A DNA stretch of 64,000 nucleotides, taken from an uncultured bacterium. GTDB lineage: Bacteria > JAGOEH01. The stretch spans positions 62,001 through 126,000 of the forward strand of contig CAZWDO010000001.1 in the NCBI GenBank assembly GCA_964632485.1, written 5' to 3'. The stretch's first letter is position 1, and every line of letters begins with the position of its first letter. Made by a program: the position numbers and the translations under genes. Below the pieces are notes generated by a model, which was not told the origin of the DNA, made no database searches, and worked only from the letters and a program-made list of their open reading frames with translations. Positions 60,665 to 64,000 of the stretch are shown piece by piece.

Positions 60665-61636
60665 ATGCAAAACTCCAGCAACGATGAGATATTTTTTTTG
60701 GACGAAAAGGAAGAATCCATACCAAGCATACCCGTCAGAGGAATTTGGAAAGTTCTGATTGTTGATGACGAACCGGAAGTTCATAGCGTAACTAAATTAG
60801 CGCTGAACGATTTCAAGTTCGATCAACGGGAAATCGCCTTTATGGATGCTTATTCTGGTCAGGAAGCAATCGATATGATGAAAAAATATACCGATATTGC
60901 TGTAATATTCCTGGATGTTGTCATGGAAGAAGATGATTCAGGGCTCAAATTCGTGCATTTTATCCGCAAAGAATTGAAGAATTATTTGGTCAGGATTATT
61001 CTCCGCACCGGTCAACCCGGGCAAGCCCCGGAAAAACGGATCATTGTTGACTATGATATCAACGATTATAAAACCAAAACTGAATTGACGTCTCACAAAT
61101 TGTTCACGACTCTGGTCGCCTCATTGAGAACCTACCGTGATATGAAGATAATCGATGACAATAAAAAAGGCTTGGAAAAAATCCTCGAAGCATCATCGGC
61201 GATTTTTGAAATTCGTTCCCTGGAAAAATTTATTACCGGGGTGCTTTATCAAATCACTTCATTACTTGATTTCTCTGAAAACTCGGTTTTTTTGAATAAT
61301 TCGGGATTTGCCGTAACACTCAATCACGATGAGTTTTTTATTCTGGGAGGGACCGGGAAATACTCCCAATCCATAGGCCAAAATATCCAGGAAATCGTTC
61401 CCGAACCCATTATTATCCTTCTCCGGGAAACACGGCTACTAAAAAAAACAAACTTTTGTCACAATGGATGCGTGTTTTATTTTCAATCCAATCATGGGAT
61501 CGAAAACATGATTTTTTTTGAAAATTGCTTGATGTTGGAAGAATGGCAGCAAAACCTGCTGAATATATTCAGCCGCAACGTATCCATTGCATTGGACAAT
61601 ATTTATTTACTCAATTCTGCCCAAACCAAGCGGTAA
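60665..61636 (+). CDS. response regulator, REC plus DUF3369-like domain, no enzymatic output domain
   Basis: VLIVDDEPEVH, FLDVVME, RTGQPG, GLEKILEAS, NVSIALDNIYL followed by a stop. Confidence 0.85.
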   Translation: MQNSSNDEIFFLDEKEESIPSIPVRGIWKVLIVDDEPEVHSVTKLALNDFKFDQREIAFMDAYSGQEAIDMMKKYTDIAVIFLDVVMEEDDSGLKFVHFIRKELKNYLVRIILRTGQPGQAPEKRIIVDYDINDYKTKTELTSHKLFTTLVASLRTYRDMKIIDDNKKGLEKILEASSAIFEIRSLEKFITGVLYQITSLLDFSENSVFLNNSGFAVTLNHDEFFILGGTGKYSQSIGQNIQEIVPEPIIILLRETRLLKKTNFCHNGCVFYFQSNHGIENMIFFENCLMLEEWQQNLLNIFSRNVSIALDNIYLLNSAQTKR

Positions 61637-61786
61637 AGATCGCAAGCCTTGCCAATTCAAGCTAAAATGGAATTATGGAATATTAATAAAGGGTTTCGCG
61701 CTAATACAAAATCGATGCACCCTATTGCAATTAAATTCATCAGGCAAGCTTGTCGATGAATCTCAATTAAAAATTTATTGCTGGTA

Positions 61787-61860
<74 letters not shown>

Positions 61861-62236
61861 GTGTTGATCCTAATATAACCAATTAATAAATAAAGTCAAG
61901 CTCTTTTTTACTAAATCCCGTTTTTTTTTAATTCTTGATCAATTTTCCTCACAATTCTTCAAAAAGCTATTCAAAAAAAATAAAAAATATCCAATTTCAG
62001 CCTTATCTATTGCATTATTAGTTCGATTATGTTAAACTAATCATGTCTGTAATCAGTATCAATCACTTAAAAGTGGGAAAAACCTGTTGCATTTGTCTGT
62101 CCGGTTTGACCTTGAAAAACTTTGCTTACCAACGGTTGGCGTAAATTCTGGACTAATAACTTTTAAAATGACAGGAAATATGAAGTATTTAGAGACAATT
62201 TTAGCGTAGTTCAAACCTAAAACCCAGGAGGAACTT

Positions 62237-63229
62237 GTGAAAAAGAAAGTATTGTTGATTCATACGGGCGGTACTATTGGGATGGTCAGAAATATTCAGA
62301 ACGGAACACTTAAACCGGACCAATTCTATGAAAGCATTCTGAAATTTGTACCTGAGCTGGAACAAATCGCTCACATAGAAGTAGAGATACCCTGTTTATT
62401 AGACAGCGCTGAAATCCATATTCCCCATTGGCAAGCGATTGGGCGGTTAATCCGGCGCTATCAGAATCAAGTTCAGGGAGTCGTGATTACACACGGTACA
62501 GATACATTAGCCTATACAGCTTCCGCACTTTCCTATATGCTGATGAACGTCCCTTTTCCCGTAATACTTACAGGCGCCCAAAAACCATTAGGGGAACTTC
62601 GTACCGATGCTCGCAACAATTTTGTGAATGCTATTGAAATGGCAACTTTGGATATTCCAGAAGTCGCGATCTACTTTGATTACAAATTAATGCGGGGCAA
62701 TAGAACTATTAAAAGCCATATTACCCATTTCGATGCCTTCTCTTCCCCCAATTATCCATTATTGGGTGAAGTAGGACTGGATATTGTCATCTATCCGCAG
62801 AATATGATAAAACCTCAAGGACTATTTCATGTTTTTGACGCCTTCGACGCATCGATAGCAGTACTCAAACTATTCCCGGGAATAGACATCCGTTATTTCA
62901 ATCCCGATGATCAAGTCAAAGCAGTTCTTTTGATCGCATGGGGCGCCGGAACCGTACCGACGGCTTATACACAATTGTTGCCTCAGATTAAGAAATGGTT
63001 AGACGCAGGCAAAATTGTAGCGATGATCAGTGAAACCAAAGCCGGATGCGCCGCACCCCAACTGTACGAATCGGGTAACCGATTACTCGACATGGGAGTT
63101 CTATCAGCGGGAGACATGACCTTCGAAGCAGCCTTGACTAAGCTGATGTTTCTGATGGCCCAACGCGACAATTACGAGGAAATCAAGCGGAATTTCATGA
63201 AATCGCTGGCAGGGGAACGTTCTGTTTAA
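62237..63229 (+). CDS. ansA: L-asparaginase, type I (cytoplasmic)
   Basis: HTGGTIGM, ITHGTDTLAYTASALS, ILTGAQ, RGNR, AFSSPN. Confidence 0.93.
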   Translation: MKKKVLLIHTGGTIGMVRNIQNGTLKPDQFYESILKFVPELEQIAHIEVEIPCLLDSAEIHIPHWQAIGRLIRRYQNQVQGVVITHGTDTLAYTASALSYMLMNVPFPVILTGAQKPLGELRTDARNNFVNAIEMATLDIPEVAIYFDYKLMRGNRTIKSHITHFDAFSSPNYPLLGEVGLDIVIYPQNMIKPQGLFHVFDAFDASIAVLKLFPGIDIRYFNPDDQVKAVLLIAWGAGTVPTAYTQLLPQIKKWLDAGKIVAMISETKAGCAAPQLYESGNRLLDMGVLSAGDMTFEAALTKLMFLMAQRDNYEEIKRNFMKSLAGERSV

Positions 63230-63230
63230 T

Positions 63231-64000
63231 TTATTTTAACAGTAATAGCTTTTTTGTTTCATGAAAACTCGCAGTATTAATCCGTAAAAAATATATCCCG
63301 GACGCGGCACTTTCTCCGTTGTCATTCAATCCGTCCCAATAGAATGAATGCCGTTTGGGGGACAATAGATCGTTATGAATGCGCCTGATTCTCTGGCCCA
63401 GTACATTCACGATTTCAATCACAGCGTTTTCTTTATACGGCAACAACGCTTCTATGCATAATCGAGCATTAAATGGATTGGGATAACAAGTTAAGAGCAT
63501 TTTATTTTTTACCGGCAAGAGTTGGCCATCATCTAATAACGTGATCAACCCGGAATCCGGCAAACTCAGACGTTTGGATGTATAGATATGGAACTCCCCC
63601 GGATTCAGAGCGATGGGGGCATTGATGCTCTCGACCCAGATGCTGTCACCAGGGAAAAAATCATACCACCAACCACTATGGCTGAAATAGGGATGACCAC
63701 TTTGCGCGGTCACATCAAAGTTGCCTAAAATAACCGCTTTAAGCGAGTCATTGCTTAGATTGATGCGTTTGACAGCCCCGGTAACCGATAAGCTGATATT
63801 AGTACCAGCCTGACGGAATAACTCATTTTCAGCTCGTATTTTCAATAGAGCGCTATACGTTTTATACAGTCGCCATCTATTCGCGTGATGATAATAATCC
63901 CAACGAATCGGTTTTTCGCCAGTCCGGCTATTATAATCAATCGAGTAATCGTAGCCTAATTCACCAAATTGCCAGATCATTTTTGGGCCGGGCAAGGTTA
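63231..64000 (-). CDS. C-terminal part of a secreted alpha-amylase-family (GH13) protein with T9SS/FlgD-Ig CTD; 5' end outside the window
   Basis: PGPKMIWQFGELGYD...KPIRWDY, GWWYDFF; CTD YPNPFN...WDGLNDNG...SGIYFLR...KKLLLLK. Confidence 0.8.
   Translation of the reverse strand, partial: TLPGPKMIWQFGELGYDYSIDYNSRTGEKPIRWDYYHHANRWRLYKTYSALLKIRAENELFRQAGTNISLSVTGAVKRINLSNDSLKAVILGNFDVTAQSGHPYFSHSGWWYDFFPGDSIWVESINAPIALNPGEFHIYTSKRLSLPDSGLITLLDDGQLLPVKNKMLLTCYPNPFNARLCIEALLPYKENAVIEIVNVLGQRIRRIHNDLLSPKRHSFYWDGLNDNGESAASGIYFLRINTASFHETKKLLLLK

Noticed and set aside
62043-62144. 33-codon ORF upstream of the asparaginase (possible leader peptide)
   Set aside because: No SD, no Asn/Asp codon run and no attenuator structure seen.

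Overview
A gene-dense bacterial window from a draft or metagenomic assembly, with N gaps at 29208-29307 and 53941-53950. SprA plus two cargo proteins with T9SS/FlgD-Ig-type C-termini suggest an anaerobic diderm of the FCB grouping; this placement is inference only. In order, it holds: a CHASE2 adenylate cyclase and two lipoproteins; a 5'-nucleotidase; rluB-scpB-scpA; a sensory plus electron-bifurcating [FeFe]-hydrogenase cluster (hfsABC-like, hydCBA); an alkaline phosphatase, thioesterase and GT4; sprA; asnA; a putative sigma54 three-gene operon; a large T9SS-cargo glycoside hydrolase split by a gap; a c-di-GMP phosphodiesterase; a phosphoesterase-porin-MCP-GH/amidase run; apbE, comEC, DUF4159 and pmbA-like genes; acyl-CoA dehydrogenase with etfAB; a DGC-TonB receptor-two binding proteins-kinase-regulator cassette; tRNA-fMet; asparaginase; and the 3' end of a secreted alpha-amylase. 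The strongest candidates for something new are: (1) the sigma54-type operon at 25.6-28.4 kb, encoding a small Cys/His secreted protein, a probable outer-membrane beta-barrel and a Tat-exported lipoprotein polyferredoxin with ten [4Fe-4S] motifs, a possible Fe-S analogue of porin-cytochrome conduits; (2) a circularly permuted alkaline phosphatase; (3) a candidate sigma28-driven sRNA with an anti-Shine-Dalgarno tract; and (4) a surface-sensing cassette with binding proteins but no transporter. All calls come from reading motifs by eye; no searches were run.
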